From assembly GCA_964035575.1 (NCBI GenBank), contig OZ037833.1, positions 2,108,001-2,172,000 of the forward strand: a stretch of 64,000 nt of DNA, written 5' to 3'. Shown here piece by piece: positions 11,879-24,303 of the stretch. The stretch is from Rhynchopus sp. YZ270_cl-10. Lineage: Eukaryota. The notes beneath the pieces are model-generated. The model saw only the letters and a list, made by a program, of their open reading frames with translations, was not told where the DNA came from and did not search any database. The stretch's first letter is position 1. Each line of letters opens with the position of its first letter. The position numbers and the translations under genes are program-made.

Positions 11879-12718
11879 ATTTTATTGCCTCCAAATAGTG
11901 CCGAAAGCCAAAATTTTAGGGGGTTTTGACCCACCGCGTGTGCACATCTGTTGGTGGGTGCTTGGGGTGCCGTACAAAAAGAAATGAAGCCGAAAACTAA
12001 AGCAATTTATAACACGACCCTAGACCTCTCTGTGATTACCAGGAGGGGTGTATACTACCTCTCACCCTTAGGCGCAGTTACAGCTATAAGGGGGAAATTG
12101 TATGTGACCCCCCGAGTAGTCACTATAAAAGAGGGAGGAAAGACACGAATCCTTTTGTATCAACCCTGTTTCCTTAAGTTCGGAAGCTATCGTTTGGATT
12201 TATCATGGTTTGCTTCAAAATAGAAATTCCTCCTGCACGAAAAAAAAATGGGTTGCTGTTGCTGTGTATATGTGCAAAAAAACACCTCGAAGATCTTAGT
12301 TTTGGGTTTGCGTTTTTTTTTGACAAAATATTTCCTCAGATAAGACGATGGGGGGGGTGGGAAAAAACCCCCACCTCTGAGTTAAGATATTATGTATACC
12401 AGAGAACAAAACAAAGAAAAGTTAGGTAAAGATGATCCTGAGCCTGTCGCGTTGAATCACCTTGAATAACAAAAAAGCTTTTTAACAAATATTGTAAGAT
12501 GAGTGCACCTCTGCATATCTTTACCAATAAAAAGAGAGGGGTGGAGAGACATTTAATCCACGAAGCAGACAAAAAAAACAACAAAAAACTGTGTGTCGCA
12601 GTGTTGTTGTAGTATACTGCTTTCATCATCATTTATTCTTTTTTCTTTCCTATTCATGTCAGAATTTTTTTTTTCGTCCTTTTTTGTCCCGATGGATCTT
12701 TTCTCTTCCGTCCCTCTC

Positions 12719-15355
12719 TTACTGCAATACACCCATATGCAGATGTGTTCTCAGATGCGATCCTGTTTCAATCAGATGCGCGACAATCTGCAAGACAGCG
12801 TCCACCTCCCTACCGGAGGTGCGTTCCTTTATTGTCGCAAAGTCTTTTGCAAAGAAGGCGTGGGTATACTCTTCACTCCACTCCCAGGCGGGGGGGTCCT
12901 TTCTAAGCGACGGGGTAGGGGACCTGGCCAGAGGGCTGGATGGCGCCATATCCTCAGAAGCGTCACCATGCGTATTCGTTGACTCCGGACAGAACAATGT
13001 TAAGGGATGGGCGTGACTCAACGTCATTGCCGCGCCGTCAGGGGCGACCGGGTTTTTCATTACTTCATATATCGTGAATTTTGGTCCATCTCTCGCACGC
13101 CATTCATCTATAGGACGGAGGTTTTCAACAAAGGTCCGATTATGTCCTTTCATTCTGGTCATTAACGCAGCGACACCAAGCTCAATCGCAGTTTCGGAGA
13201 GAAGAGAGCTCATCCCCAGAGGCTGCCCCATGGCTTGGATGTATTTCATATCGGAGGCCCCGATGCAGCCGTACATAACATTGCCTTGGCAGAGACCTAC
13301 GTGGGGTGTGAGGAGGTCGACCTTGCGAAGCTTTGCGGAAAGGAGGGTAGGGAAGCGGAGGAGGGAGGTGAGCTTTGAGGCGTGGCCGTTCCACCAGACG
13401 GAGACAGAGCCTCCGAGGACAGAGAGGGTGTGTCCCCCGGTTGCGCGGAGGGAGGCGAGGAGGCAGGACAGCGCTTCGTTCATGTTCTCGCCCAAGGAGG
13501 CGGCTCGGTCAGAGAGAATGTCTTCTACGCAAACGAAGCGTACTCTCCCCACAACGACGTCAGAGAATTTGCGCAGCGGGTCTTGCTTTGGCGTAGTGTA
13601 TGCAGAGCCAGCGGCCGCCACGGAAACCGCAGCAGAGAAAGTGAGGTTGCTTTTCTTTTCTTCCTGCGGCCCAGCGGTCCAGCTTCCGCAAGACACCTCG
13701 CTCCGGATGTGTGATGTGTTAAGTGGTGGCGGCTTCTTAGCCAATCTCCTCCCCCGCTCTTCAATACTACCTTCAATTTCGAGTTGCCGTGACATCAACG
13801 CTTCGTTTAAGATGATAGTATCTGCCGCTTTATCATCAGTGATGATGACCAAATCCTTCATACGGTGCTGTAACTGCCCGACCACCTCTGAAGCAACGGT
13901 AACCGCACCGGGTATACCACTTGCCTCCATTCTTGCTGCACGAACAACGGTTTTCCCTGAATAGTCAAGCTGGTCTGTGATAAGATGACTGTCCTGCTGT
14001 ACCTGGCCGTACGCAACACCAATACGTGGGCGAAGTCCGTTGAACAAAACTGTTCCAGTAGAATCCACCAGACGTGCGCAGAATCGGCTTTCCCGTAAAC
14101 GAGACGGCCAAGAAATGCGGTTCAACTCTTCCAAACACTCCAATCCAAATTGTACTGCCGAGCACGCATCGTCAAAAACAATCATAAAAGCATCACCCAA
14201 GGTTTTCACCTCTACCCCATCATGCGCTTCGACAGCCAGCCGTATGACGTCGGTGTACATCGGAATGCTTTCCGTCATTTCTTCTGCAAAATCCTTCCAA
14301 AGATTCGTTATCCCCCAAATATCAACAAAAACCACTGCCAAATAGGTTCCTGGGGGCGGCGTGAGAACATCCTCCGGATCGTGCGAGGTTTCGCTCCGTT
14401 GTGAGGCAATAAATTCACTTTCCCCCCACGAAAGCATTCTTTGTGGAACCCTTAACGATCTATGTGACCCATTCGACCTCGCACCCGGTGACTTCACCCC
14501 CGGGGACATCGGAGACTGAAAAGAAGATACCCTGTACAGCAAGGCTTCTGGAAGATAGCGTTTGTACTCCCCCAGATGATTTGCTACCCCAAATATGCAG
14601 GTTTTGATGTTATTAAACTCTGTGATACTACAGAGCACTCCCCAACCTGCTTCAAGGGTTTCAGTGCTCAATCCTTCAAGATTGCTTAGTCCACGTAGCC
14701 CTTCTGCTATTCCTTCGAACCTCTCCCGAACCACTAATTTGCAGTACACAAACACCCCACAAAACCCTAACCATGAGAGCAACAGTAATAAGAGTAAAGG
14801 AACCCCACTGCTTTCAGAGCTGCTTGCCAAAGGGGTTAGTGTTGTGCTGCCGGATCCTTCTAAAAGGGATTGCAGAATGATGAGAGCTTGCTCGGTTTTA
14901 TCTTGCTCTTCATTAATCCTTTGTACAGCGTAGACCTCGGCTATCACCCAGACTAATACACCAATAACTGTTGTATGGAGGTACAGAACCGAGGAAACCA
15001 AATATGCAAGAGAAACGGTAGGGGGTTGGAGGGGAAGCTGGGTAGGGGGGTTGTTCGCGTGGGTTGGGGTGGTGGTGCTTCTCCCTCTGGGGCCTGCCAT
15101 GTACCGTAACCTGGTTGAATGGAGTGTCGCTTCATAATCTTCTTCGTGTAGTGATCTGCGTATTGCAAATGAAATCAACCTTCCCGCAATCCCTACAACG
15201 CTTCCCGCTAACAAACACAGCACCACCACTGCCACAACAGAAAGCGATGAAAATGGGGAGCTCAAAGAAGAAGAGGAAGAAGATGCAAGTTCGTCCTTCA
15301 CCCACCCCAACACGGTGGTATCATCGAAGAAGCCCCCAGAGGAGTTGTACGACAT
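12719..15355 (-). CDS. Membrane-anchored class III adenylate cyclase with a second degenerate cyclase-like domain
   Basis: Motifs VVFVDIWGITNLW, EVKTLGDAFMI, FNGLRPRIG and DYSGKTVVRAARME, plus about 3 hydrophobic segments. The start is placed at MSYNSS (15355), downstream of a (CT)n/pyrimidine tract and CAG at ~15394. Confidence 0.9.
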   Translation of the reverse strand: MSYNSSGGFFDDTTVLGWVKDELASSSSSSLSSPFSSLSVVAVVVLCLLAGSVVGIAGRLISFAIRRSLHEEDYEATLHSTRLRYMAGPRGRSTTTPTHANNPPTQLPLQPPTVSLAYLVSSVLYLHTTVIGVLVWVIAEVYAVQRINEEQDKTEQALIILQSLLEGSGSTTLTPLASSSESSGVPLLLLLLLSWLGFCGVFVYCKLVVRERFEGIAEGLRGLSNLEGLSTETLEAGWGVLCSITEFNNIKTCIFGVANHLGEYKRYLPEALLYRVSSFQSPMSPGVKSPGARSNGSHRSLRVPQRMLSWGESEFIASQRSETSHDPEDVLTPPPGTYLAVVFVDIWGITNLWKDFAEEMTESIPMYTDVIRLAVEAHDGVEVKTLGDAFMIVFDDACSAVQFGLECLEELNRISWPSRLRESRFCARLVDSTGTVLFNGLRPRIGVAYGQVQQDSHLITDQLDYSGKTVVRAARMEASGIPGAVTVASEVVGQLQHRMKDLVIITDDKAADTIILNEALMSRQLEIEGSIEERGRRLAKKPPPLNTSHIRSEVSCGSWTAGPQEEKKSNLTFSAAVSVAAAGSAYTTPKQDPLRKFSDVVVGRVRFVCVEDILSDRAASLGENMNEALSCLLASLRATGGHTLSVLGGSVSVWWNGHASKLTSLLRFPTLLSAKLRKVDLLTPHVGLCQGNVMYGCIGASDMKYIQAMGQPLGMSSLLSETAIELGVAALMTRMKGHNRTFVENLRPIDEWRARDGPKFTIYEVMKNPVAPDGAAMTLSHAHPLTLFCPESTNTHGDASEDMAPSSPLARSPTPSLRKDPPAWEWSEEYTHAFFAKDFATIKERTSGREVDAVLQIVAHLIETGSHLRTHLHMGVLQ

Positions 15356-18300
15356 ATTTATTTGGTGTATTATTTTGGTGTCCCCACCACTTCCTGAAAG
15401 AGATTGTGGGTGGGAGGGAAGGGGAGAGAGAGAGAGAGAGGAGGAAGGGGGGGAAAAAATGATATTTTTTTTTTTTTTGAAACTCAACGTTCCCCCTACG
15501 ACAAATCGTCCATTGCTTGAGGGGGACTTTCTTCTCATGTTTTTTTTTTTTTTTTTTTTTTAAAGTGGCAAGACACTCCCAAAAAGGAGAGAAACGGCAC
15601 CACAGATATCACGGATATCTGGCTGTCCTTCGTGGAGCTACCACAGCACTAAGAAGTGCCCAAAGTAAATAAAAAAAAATGGCACACCCATTTTTCAGGA
15701 AGCGGGGGGGGAATAGCTTCCGAGGGGGGGGAGAAGGGAAACAAAAAAAAAAAAAGTTTCGCCTGAGCAGAACAAAAAAAAAGGGGGGGGGGAAACGGTG
15801 ATTGCAGAAAATGGGGCGAAATGGAGAAGGTGGGTTTTGTTGTCTGATAGACCTCTCGTTCCGCCTACAGATGCGGCAAGAGATTTGAAACAAAAAAGAA
15901 AACTTGTAAGATGAATGTGCTTCTCGGTGCACACACACACAAAAAAAGTATTTCAGGTGTGTTGCACGATCCCATTTAATAAAAAAGAAGCTTTTTTTTT
16001 AGAAGATGGACCCCAAGCCTCTCGTACACTAGTCATCTTGATCACAATCGAAAAATAGAAGAAAAAAAAGAAAATCTGCCCCTTTTGAGGAAGGTAAAGG
16101 ACGCACTATTTTGTTGCTGTTTTTTTTGCATAGAAAATCCCATTCTTTTTTTTTTCCCCCACCCCGTACAGCGAGGAGGGAAAAAACGACAGTGGTTTAA
16201 AAAAAAAAAAATGGGGATGTAATAAGTCCAAATAGAGTGCTGTCGAGGGGGGGAAGAAAACGCAAAACAAAAAAGAGAAAAAAAAATCGTAAGATAAACT
16301 TACGTAAATAATAACTTTTTGAGCGATACCATGTGCTTTCACGCACATGCATCTATAAAAAAAATAGAGAGATCTGAGTTGCGCATACATCTGTGCACAT
16401 CTCCACCTCCAAAAAAGAAAAGTTGATAAGATGAACCTAAGCCTTTCGGACATAGTCACTTAAACACAAAGAACGAAGAAGCATCTGATAAAACAGGCGC
16501 AATTGTAAGCCTAAACCAAAAGAAAAAAAGGGGGGTGGCAAAAAAAGGGGGTGAGAGAAAAAGAAAAAAAACGCGTTGTTCTCACCCACTAAAATGGAAA
16601 GACGAGGGGTTGCGGGAGGAATATTGGAGGGAAGATGTACTGGCCTCAAGGGGCGCAGACATCTTGGGATTTTTTCCTTTTAATTCCCCCTTCATTTTTT
16701 TTTTTTTTTTGTGGAAAGAGGGGAGGGGGACAATCACTCAAAATTTGAAGCTTTGGGGGGTATTTTCAACTTCGTATCCAAGCACCTCTTTTTTTGGTGT
16801 TGCCATTGTGTCGACAATCATCTGTATCTGCACGCATTGCCACCCGGCAATAGTACTGAAATGACATGACGTTTTTTTTTTTTTTTTTTTGTGTGTGTTG
16901 TGTTGTGTCGACAATCGCCTAAAGCACCCTCCTTGGTTGGGTAAGTTAGGGTCTGTACTCAATGTTGGATTTTTTTTTTTGGATAAATTGCTGGAAAAGC
17001 GTAGGTGGCACTGGCCAGCTCTACGTTCCCTTTGTGTTCAACTGAACCCGAGGGGAGGGGGAGGGAACCCAGCTCCTTAGGAAGAATGAAGGAGGAAGGG
17101 GAGGGATCAAACTTGGCGCCATGTAACCACTGCGAATGGTTCACGTTGTCCGTTTCCTGTAAGAAAGAAAGACTTCAACGCAATGGAAAATAAGGGGTCT
17201 CACCACCACACCACCCACTCCACCTACGCCATATATTGAAAAAGGTACTCAAAGATGATCCCAAGCCTGTGCTTACTCACCTTAGCAATTACCCCAATAC
17301 ATAGTGAAGTCAAAGGTGCAAGTGTCGTCACCAAAAAAAAAAAAATGCACCGGAAACTAACGGTTATCAAGAAAGAGAGAGAAAAGAAAAGTCGAGATGA
17401 ACCTCAGCTAACAGTGCTTAGTCACCTAAAAGAAAAGAGAGAGAGAAAGAGGGAGAAAGAAATAAAAGCAACTTGATTCATGCATCCAGCACGACAAAAT
17501 ATGACAAAAAAAAAAAAACAAAAACCCTTAGTGATAATAGGCGCGAATGAAGAGAAAAAATATGAATGAAAGAATGTATGACGTTCACAGGTACATACAT
17601 CTTCAGAAAAAAAATATCAGGAAAACTGTCTATAAGATAAAGCTAAACGTCGCTCAGCTATCTCGAATAAACGGAAACAAAAAAGAATGTGTCTCATTTG
17701 TGACAAAGGCATCTGGTTTTCCCCCCGCAGTTTGTTATCACACAGCCTTTGAAATATGGACGTGGACCTTGCGGTCAAACATCGTTCAAAGTGTAGGATA
17801 ACGTGATGCTTATTTACTTTTGGAGGGGGCTTGTTTTTGCTGTGTAGACATCCGACATACCTAGGAGGGTCTGTACCCTTTTATCTATTTTTTTTTTTTT
17901 GGATCGTTTTGTTTTCTGATAATTTGCTGCAATACAGCTTTCATTCTGACAGTCTTTTTTCGCTGTTTTTGTTTTTGATTTTTGTCTTTTTTTTTGTTGT
18001 TGCATCGACTGTCGCTAACCGAGGGGGTCTGTACTCGATGTCGCAGTATGTACAGACAGCACACCTCAGCCTGAGTATGACAGTGATGACATTAGGGGAA
18101 CTCTGGACTGACACCTTTTTTTTTTTTTTGCTTTTGTTTTGGATAAATTGTTGGAGTGGAGCGTAGTTGCCTCGGTTGTGTTGCCACAGTTGTGCAATCT
18201 CCACTTTTTTTTTTTGTCTCGACATTCCCTTTGGGGTTCTTAAGGAATTGGTATAAATTGTTCAATTGGGTCAACTTTTTTTTTCTTCTTCGTTTTGTCG

Positions 18301-20509
18301 TTCTTTTTTTTTACCGCACTTTAAAATATTCGTCTAGAATAGAGGAACCCGAAGTCCAAATTTATCTCTTAATATATTTCTGGACCAATATTTTTTTTTG
18401 AAGTACGGTAATTTTTTTTTTAAAGCATGCTTCAACACGATATTTAGAGAATTGGAAGTAAACCAACACCCCATCCCTGCACACTCATCCCCTGATAGCC
18501 TGAAAAGACCTTAGCTGTCTCGGAGGCTTCACGGAACGGGATTGGTGCCAGAAGTATGAAAGGCCTTCATTTCATGGCGAAATATCTCAAGCAAAGAGGG
18601 GTAGAGGAAAACACCAATGCAATCGCACAGCCCTCACTCTGGTTATTGAGTCACAGAGAGAGAGCTCGGCTTTTTTTTTTTTTGGTTCGTTGTTTTAATT
18701 TGTTTTGAAAATGGTGTTGAGCTGCTCCATTGCCTTTAGCCCGCCGTCAACTTATGGAATCAGTTGATGGTACAAAAAAAAAAAAAAAAAAAGAATCTGA
18801 CCCTGTGCCAGTTAACTTTCGTTCGTCGAGATTTATAAAAACTGAAAAACGGGGGGGGGAAAGTTGAAGTTCAACTTCAGAAGGGAGGGTTTTCTAAATG
18901 AAAAAAAAGTACGTTTAATTTCTTTTTTTGTGTTCTCTTTTTTGTCACTCCAAGACAGTGTGGCTGCTTGCCTGTCTCTAAGCCCGGGAACTTGCCCTGG
19001 TTGAAGCTGGTTGCACGCTTGAAAACACATCGGGTGGTCGCTGGACGGTACCTGAAGCGCAAACACATGCCGCTCCAAAGACAGAAACAAGCTTTTAACA
19101 CACTACAGGCACAACACGCCACCACTCGTTTTTTTGATCATTAAATGCGAACACGATATAATATGAGCTTGGTGGACGGTGGTTTTGTCACTAGAAGGGC
19201 AGGACAGGGGAGGGCGGGGGGTTTTAGAACAAAGACGAGAAAAGCTGGAAAACAGAGAGATAATATACGCCACTCTCTGCATATACCCAGCTTCCTCCTG
19301 CTTTTTTGGTTTTATCGGTGATTGGTGTGGTGTGGTGTGGGTTCAACGTGAACAGACGCTCGTTCACATTCAGCAAAATAAACGCATCACCGCTAACCTG
19401 GGTGGAACAATGAACTTGAGGGTTTTGGGGGGGTTCTTTTGACTCAGTAGGTGGGTTCTTAGTATTTTTTTTAAAAGCTGAGAAGAGGGAGAGTGAGAGT
19501 GAGAGAGAGTGAGAGAGAGAGAGTGAAGACATCCACATCCTTTTTTTTGTCAGCTTTTAAGAAAGACGTAGGTACGTCAGTAGCAGCCACCACCGAAGAT
19601 TATCTCTGGGAAGACCGCACTGCTAAACCATGTATCTCTGAGTCGCCTCGGGTTCTATCCGGTAACAGTGATCACAACCACCATATGAACGTCGAAACGC
19701 TGCGTTTTCGCGCGGGTGAGAAAAAATAAAAATGTAAGCGTAATGAAACGGTTCTGGTTCTCATCCCGATTAGAGGAAAGTTGCTGTGTTTTTTAATTTT
19801 TTTTTGCTTGGATACAGAGAGAGTTCAAAAAAGCCCTAAAAAAAATCAAGGCATGAATGATCTTATCCCTGCTGTCCAACTTGAGTGGTAGAAGACGGTA
19901 TTCATATGCACGGACATACATCCTATCGTAGATCACCATCCGGCATGTCCATAAGAACAATCCACCTTTTTTTCTCCCTTGAACAAACGTTTGGTTTTCA
20001 GTGCCAATTTCTATCGAAAAGAAAAGAAAAAAGAAAGTTGGGGACGAACCCCTCTAGGAACCCTTTTTTTCCTGCAATTCGGTCGTTTTATGGGGGAGGA
20101 AACCCTCCGTTTCAAAATGAAAATGCGAGAATGCTTTCAAAAGAAACGGACGCTAGGAGAAAAAAAAAAATAATCTATTAAGCACCTCCACACAAGATAA
20201 ATATAGAGTTTGTAATTAATGTGGACACGTCGTCAATGACACGTACTGAACGGATGCAGGTACTGGTACCCCTCCGCCACCAACAGCAAAAATTGCAAGA
20301 AAAAAATTAGTGCTGCGGCGTATAAAAAATAACAAGATTGTAATTGAGCAAAAAAGAAGACGGTGTTTTGGGACCCTCACAATGGACCCCCCACACACAA
20401 CACCAGCCTCATTCTTTGGAACATTGAATATTGAGGACAATACAGTAAAGTTGCTATTTAAAAAACCATGATATGTGTGTTTTTAAAGTCTTTTCTTTTT
20501 GGTAAAAAA

Positions 20510-21844
20510 CCACCTGATTTTTACCCCGCGGATAGGCCCGGATAGGTCCGGATAGGCGCGGATAGGTCCGGATAGGGCCGGATATGGCCGGATAGGACCG
20601 TACAGGCCAAACCCCACGTATTTTTCCCATACGTACTGTGTACTGTGTACTGGGTACTGGGTAGCTACGTTAGAGATCTGTTTCATTCTCGGCAGCAATC
20701 TTCTTCGCAAACTCCAAGACAAAGGGTTGGAAGAGGAAGTCGGATTGGGCTGTGGAAGTTTCGGGCTGCTGTTCCACCCCGCAGATGATCGTTTGTCATC
20801 CGCATGCCCCCAGAGTCCTTCAGCACTCTTCTCATATTTGATAGGGCTTTCCGTTGTGGAGCACATCAATACTGTGAGACGAACCTCATCTGTGCTGAAC
20901 CATTTGCAATGTTCTTCAACTTCCAGTGCAAAATCTTGCGACGAAATTAGCACACCTTTGAACAACTATTCTTCGTCTTTTTTGTCGAAAAATAGACCGC
21001 ATCACGTTCTGCACACCTCTGGATCTTCTTCGCTACGTTAGTGCGATACGCGCAGAGGGAGGGGTCCACCCCTTTGCTCCCGTGAACTTGTACTGTTTGT
21101 CCGATGTTTTCTTTGGCACAAGAGTGATGAACGAGGTTTGAGTGAGTCCAAACACATCCTTCTCAGGCAAAGAGTAATAAGAGGTTGTGAGACGCTCGGG
21201 ACGCTGCGAATGCAGCATGCAGAACTGAAAGGCAGTGTTAAACCAGAAGATTACAGATGGCGGGTCAGACGCTGTGTCACTTACCCCATGCATCGGTAGA
21301 TGAGAGCCAACACCTTCAGAGCAGTGAACACAACACTGGGCGCAAAATTCATGTGCCAAAAGGCAACAAAACCCTACAAGGAGTACCTAGTACACAGTAC
21401 ACAGTACACAGTACACAGTACACAGTACACAGTACACAGTACACAGTACACAGTACACAGTACACAGTACACAGTACACAGTACACAGTACACAGTACAC
21501 AGTACACAGTACACAGTACACAGTACACAGTACACAGTACACAGTACACAGTACACAGTACACAGTACACAGTACACAGTACACAGTACACAGTACACAG
21601 TACACAGTACACAGTACACAGTACACAGTACACAGTACACAGTACACAGTACACAGTACACAGTACACAGTACACAGTACACAGTACACAGTACACAGTA
21701 CACAGTACACAGTACAAAAATAGTTTTTTTTCTGACTTTTCGACCCGCGGATAGGCGCGGATAGGTCCGGATAGGCCCGGATATGGCAAGGATAGACCGG
21801 ATAGGGCCAAAAGCCGGTTTTTTTTTTGGGGCAAAATCAGGTGG
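20510..21844. mobile_element. TIR element (CCACCTGATTTT) with GGATAGGnCC subterminal repeats and an internal (GTACACA)n array
   Basis: TIR pair with direct 10-mer arrays near both ends. Confidence 0.75.
21390..21716. repeat. (GTACACA)n, ~46 units
   Basis: Perfect heptamer tandem array. Confidence 0.98.
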
Positions 21845-21965
21845 AAAAAAATAAAATACATAAAAAAAAAATAACAAAAACGTGAAGCTGATAAAGAAAA
21901 ACACTAAAATGAACAAAAAAATATATCGATCCCTTTGTAGGACCTATTGTTAAAAAAAAAATATA

Positions 21966-22092
21966 GTAACTCTGATAGGTAAAAGGAAAAAAAAGTTTTT
22001 CGTTGATTGCTCAATTACCCTGTTGGAGGGGGTGATTGGCGACCGTATCGGAAGAACTATTTCTCCTTTAAGCTACGCTTGTAGGTATAAAA
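21966..22092. repeat. Dispersed ~130-bp repeat; second direct copy ~59020-59163
   Basis: ttcgttgattgctcaattaccctgttggagggggtgattggcgaccgtatcgg... is nearly identical in both copies. Confidence 0.9.
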
Positions 22093-22152
22093 ATAAACGC
22101 GCTATCTGCTCTGTATAAGTAAATGTCACCAATTAAAATATTAGATTCATAT

Positions 22153-22725
22153 GGGTGAATGCGTAAAACCCCCCCTCCCCTAAATTTCACTACGATTTTT
22201 GATTTTTTTTTATTTCTGTTGGGAGGCTATGAGAGGTCGACCCTGCGGGGGTGTTTTGGGGTCTTTTTTATGATGTGCGACGCTTTTTTGGACATGAACG
22301 TGTATTGTGGCCCGTCTTACCACAGGTTTCACACGTTTTATGTGAAACTGAGGAAACTGAAGAAATAAAAGACCGCGTTCTCTTAGCCATGCGGTGAAGG
22401 GCCTCTGTCATCTCTTCTTCTTCTTGAGGGACAGGATCGTGCTCCTCGTCAGAGGAGTCACCGATTATATCGTCCTCGTCACCGATCCTCGTCAGAGAAG
22501 TCACCGATTATATCGTCTTCTGGGGGTAGGGAGTAAAAATAGCCTAAAAACACGCAAAAATACCCCAAAATGGGTCAAAATAAGTATATTTTTGCCCAAA
22601 AGCCCCCAAAACCCGCCGGAAAATGGTTTTGGGGGTGGTTCTGGGCAGTTTTCGGCGCTGATTTCTGGTAAAACCTCAAAAATCGTAGTGAAATTTAGGG
22701 GAGGGGGGGTTTTACGCATCGACCC
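22153..22725. mobile_element. Deleted DNA transposon (MULE-like) with ~50-bp TIRs and a zinc-knuckle remnant
   Basis: TIR GGGT..ATGCGTAAAACCCCCCTCCCCTAAATTTCACTACGATTTTTGA. An internal minus-strand fragment (22268-22504) ends CETCGKTGHNTRSC (CX2CX4HX4C). Confidence 0.8.
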
Positions 22726-24104
22726 AATATACTTTCAATTCACAGAATTGAAAGTATGTGAGAGGGTCAACACATGCACCCTTTCTTAAAATAAAAAAAA
22801 GGCAGGGATTCTTACAGACGGCACACTTCATCCATAAAAGAGTGTGGCAGAGAAATGCTAATAGGAACTCTGGTCTGACCCTTGTCCTGTTTTCAAAATA
22901 GTGTTCGGGAGTCCAAAATGGATCTGTCCATGACGAGGAGTCAGAAACATCCAAAAATTTAAAAAAAAGAAGAAAAAACGAAAAGAAATAAAGAAAGAAA
23001 AACAAGCAAGACGAACCCAAGCCTCACAATGCTTAGTCACCAAAAAAAAGAAGCAACGCGTTTAGTTTTTTCCCCTTTTTTCCAAAAAGGAAAAACAATG
23101 AATTCGTAAAAATACTCAATATCAAAAAAAAAAAAAGAAGTAAAAAAAAATGTATCCCATTCTGCAAGAAAAAACGGCAGAACAAAATCATCCTCGCAAA
23201 AGACACGTAGGGGGGAGAGATACTCGCTCTTGGCGAGAAGTTTATTTTATTTTATTTTTTTTAGTTTTTTTCGCATGTGGTTGTGATTGTGTGATTTTTT
23301 TTTTTTTGTTTTTGTTTTTGTTTTTGCTCACTGAACATACTAATAAAATAGTAAACTGTGGGATTGCTGTGGATGATGGAATGACCATCTTGTGAGTGAA
23401 TGTGAATGTGTGTGAGTGTGGTATCTCTTGCGCAGAACGATACCTAATGCAGTACAAAGCCTACCGATGCGTTTGGTAAGTTGCGTATGTGTGTGTGTGT
23501 GTGGGTGGGTGTGTGGGTGTGTGGTCAGTGTTTTGACCAGAATAACTATTAAAGAAAATGACCCAAAAAATATCCCCAAAGAGACAAGAGGATCACAAAA
23601 AAGAAGAAAAAAAGAAACGAAAAAAAAAAAAGAAAGTTTTGTAAGATAGACTCAAGCCTCACCGTGCTCAGCCACCTTCAAAAAAAAAAGAACCTGGCCT
23701 GACAAGTGAAACCTTTTTTATATTGCAACCCATACCGTATTCGTAAAGGGGTTAAAAAAGTAGGGAAGGGGATTAAAAGATGAATGGGCCTACCTGCGCA
23801 TCTTAAATTCGAAGCTGAAAATGGGTGCAAAAAAAAAGAGAAAAAAAAAAAAAGGCCACCATCAAACAAAATGGGTGATAAAAGTGGTGCCAAGGTTTTC
23901 AGGTTTTTTGGGAAAGGGAAGAATGGGACAATCAGATCGCAAAACGGTTTTGAATTACGATGCGTCGTCTTATTGGAAAGAAGGAAGTCAGTATTGCATG
24001 ACAATGTCATGGTGTCAAGGGCGATAGAATTTGAAGAGAGTTTTTTTTTTGTGGTGCAAATGTCTCTTTAGACACGTGCACCAACAAAAAAAAGCAAAAA
24101 AGCA

Positions 24105-24136
<32 letters not shown>

Positions 24137-24268
24137 AAGAAGAAGAAAAAAAACGGTAAGATGGACATAAACCTCAGTGCTTAGTCTGATTAGATTACTT
24201 AATGTTCCCTCAGTGCTTAGTCACCTTTTCTAAAAGAGAAAAAAAAAACCTAAATGAAAAGAAAAAAG

Positions 24269-24303
<35 letters not shown>

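Noticed and set aside
13074..13964. 296-aa plus-strand ORF and other antisense ORFs over genes
   Set aside because: These are shadow frames of the minus-strand CDSs.
15356..15538. N-terminal 61 aa of the 939-aa ORF
   Set aside because: This stretch runs through A-runs and a (CT)n pyrimidine tract ending in a CAG acceptor, so it is likely upstream non-coding sequence.
17394..17450. Family A as recursive AG|GT splice sites
   Set aside because: Some copies fit (Yn-TAG|GTGACT) but others read AG|AT or lack the AG (23041, 36096). The AAG is explained by pairing with CUU. This is not fully excluded.
11287..21716. CRISPR or telomere interpretation of the tandem arrays
   Set aside because: There are no spacers or cas genes. 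The unit is not a TTAGGG-like repeat and the arrays are internal to TIR elements.
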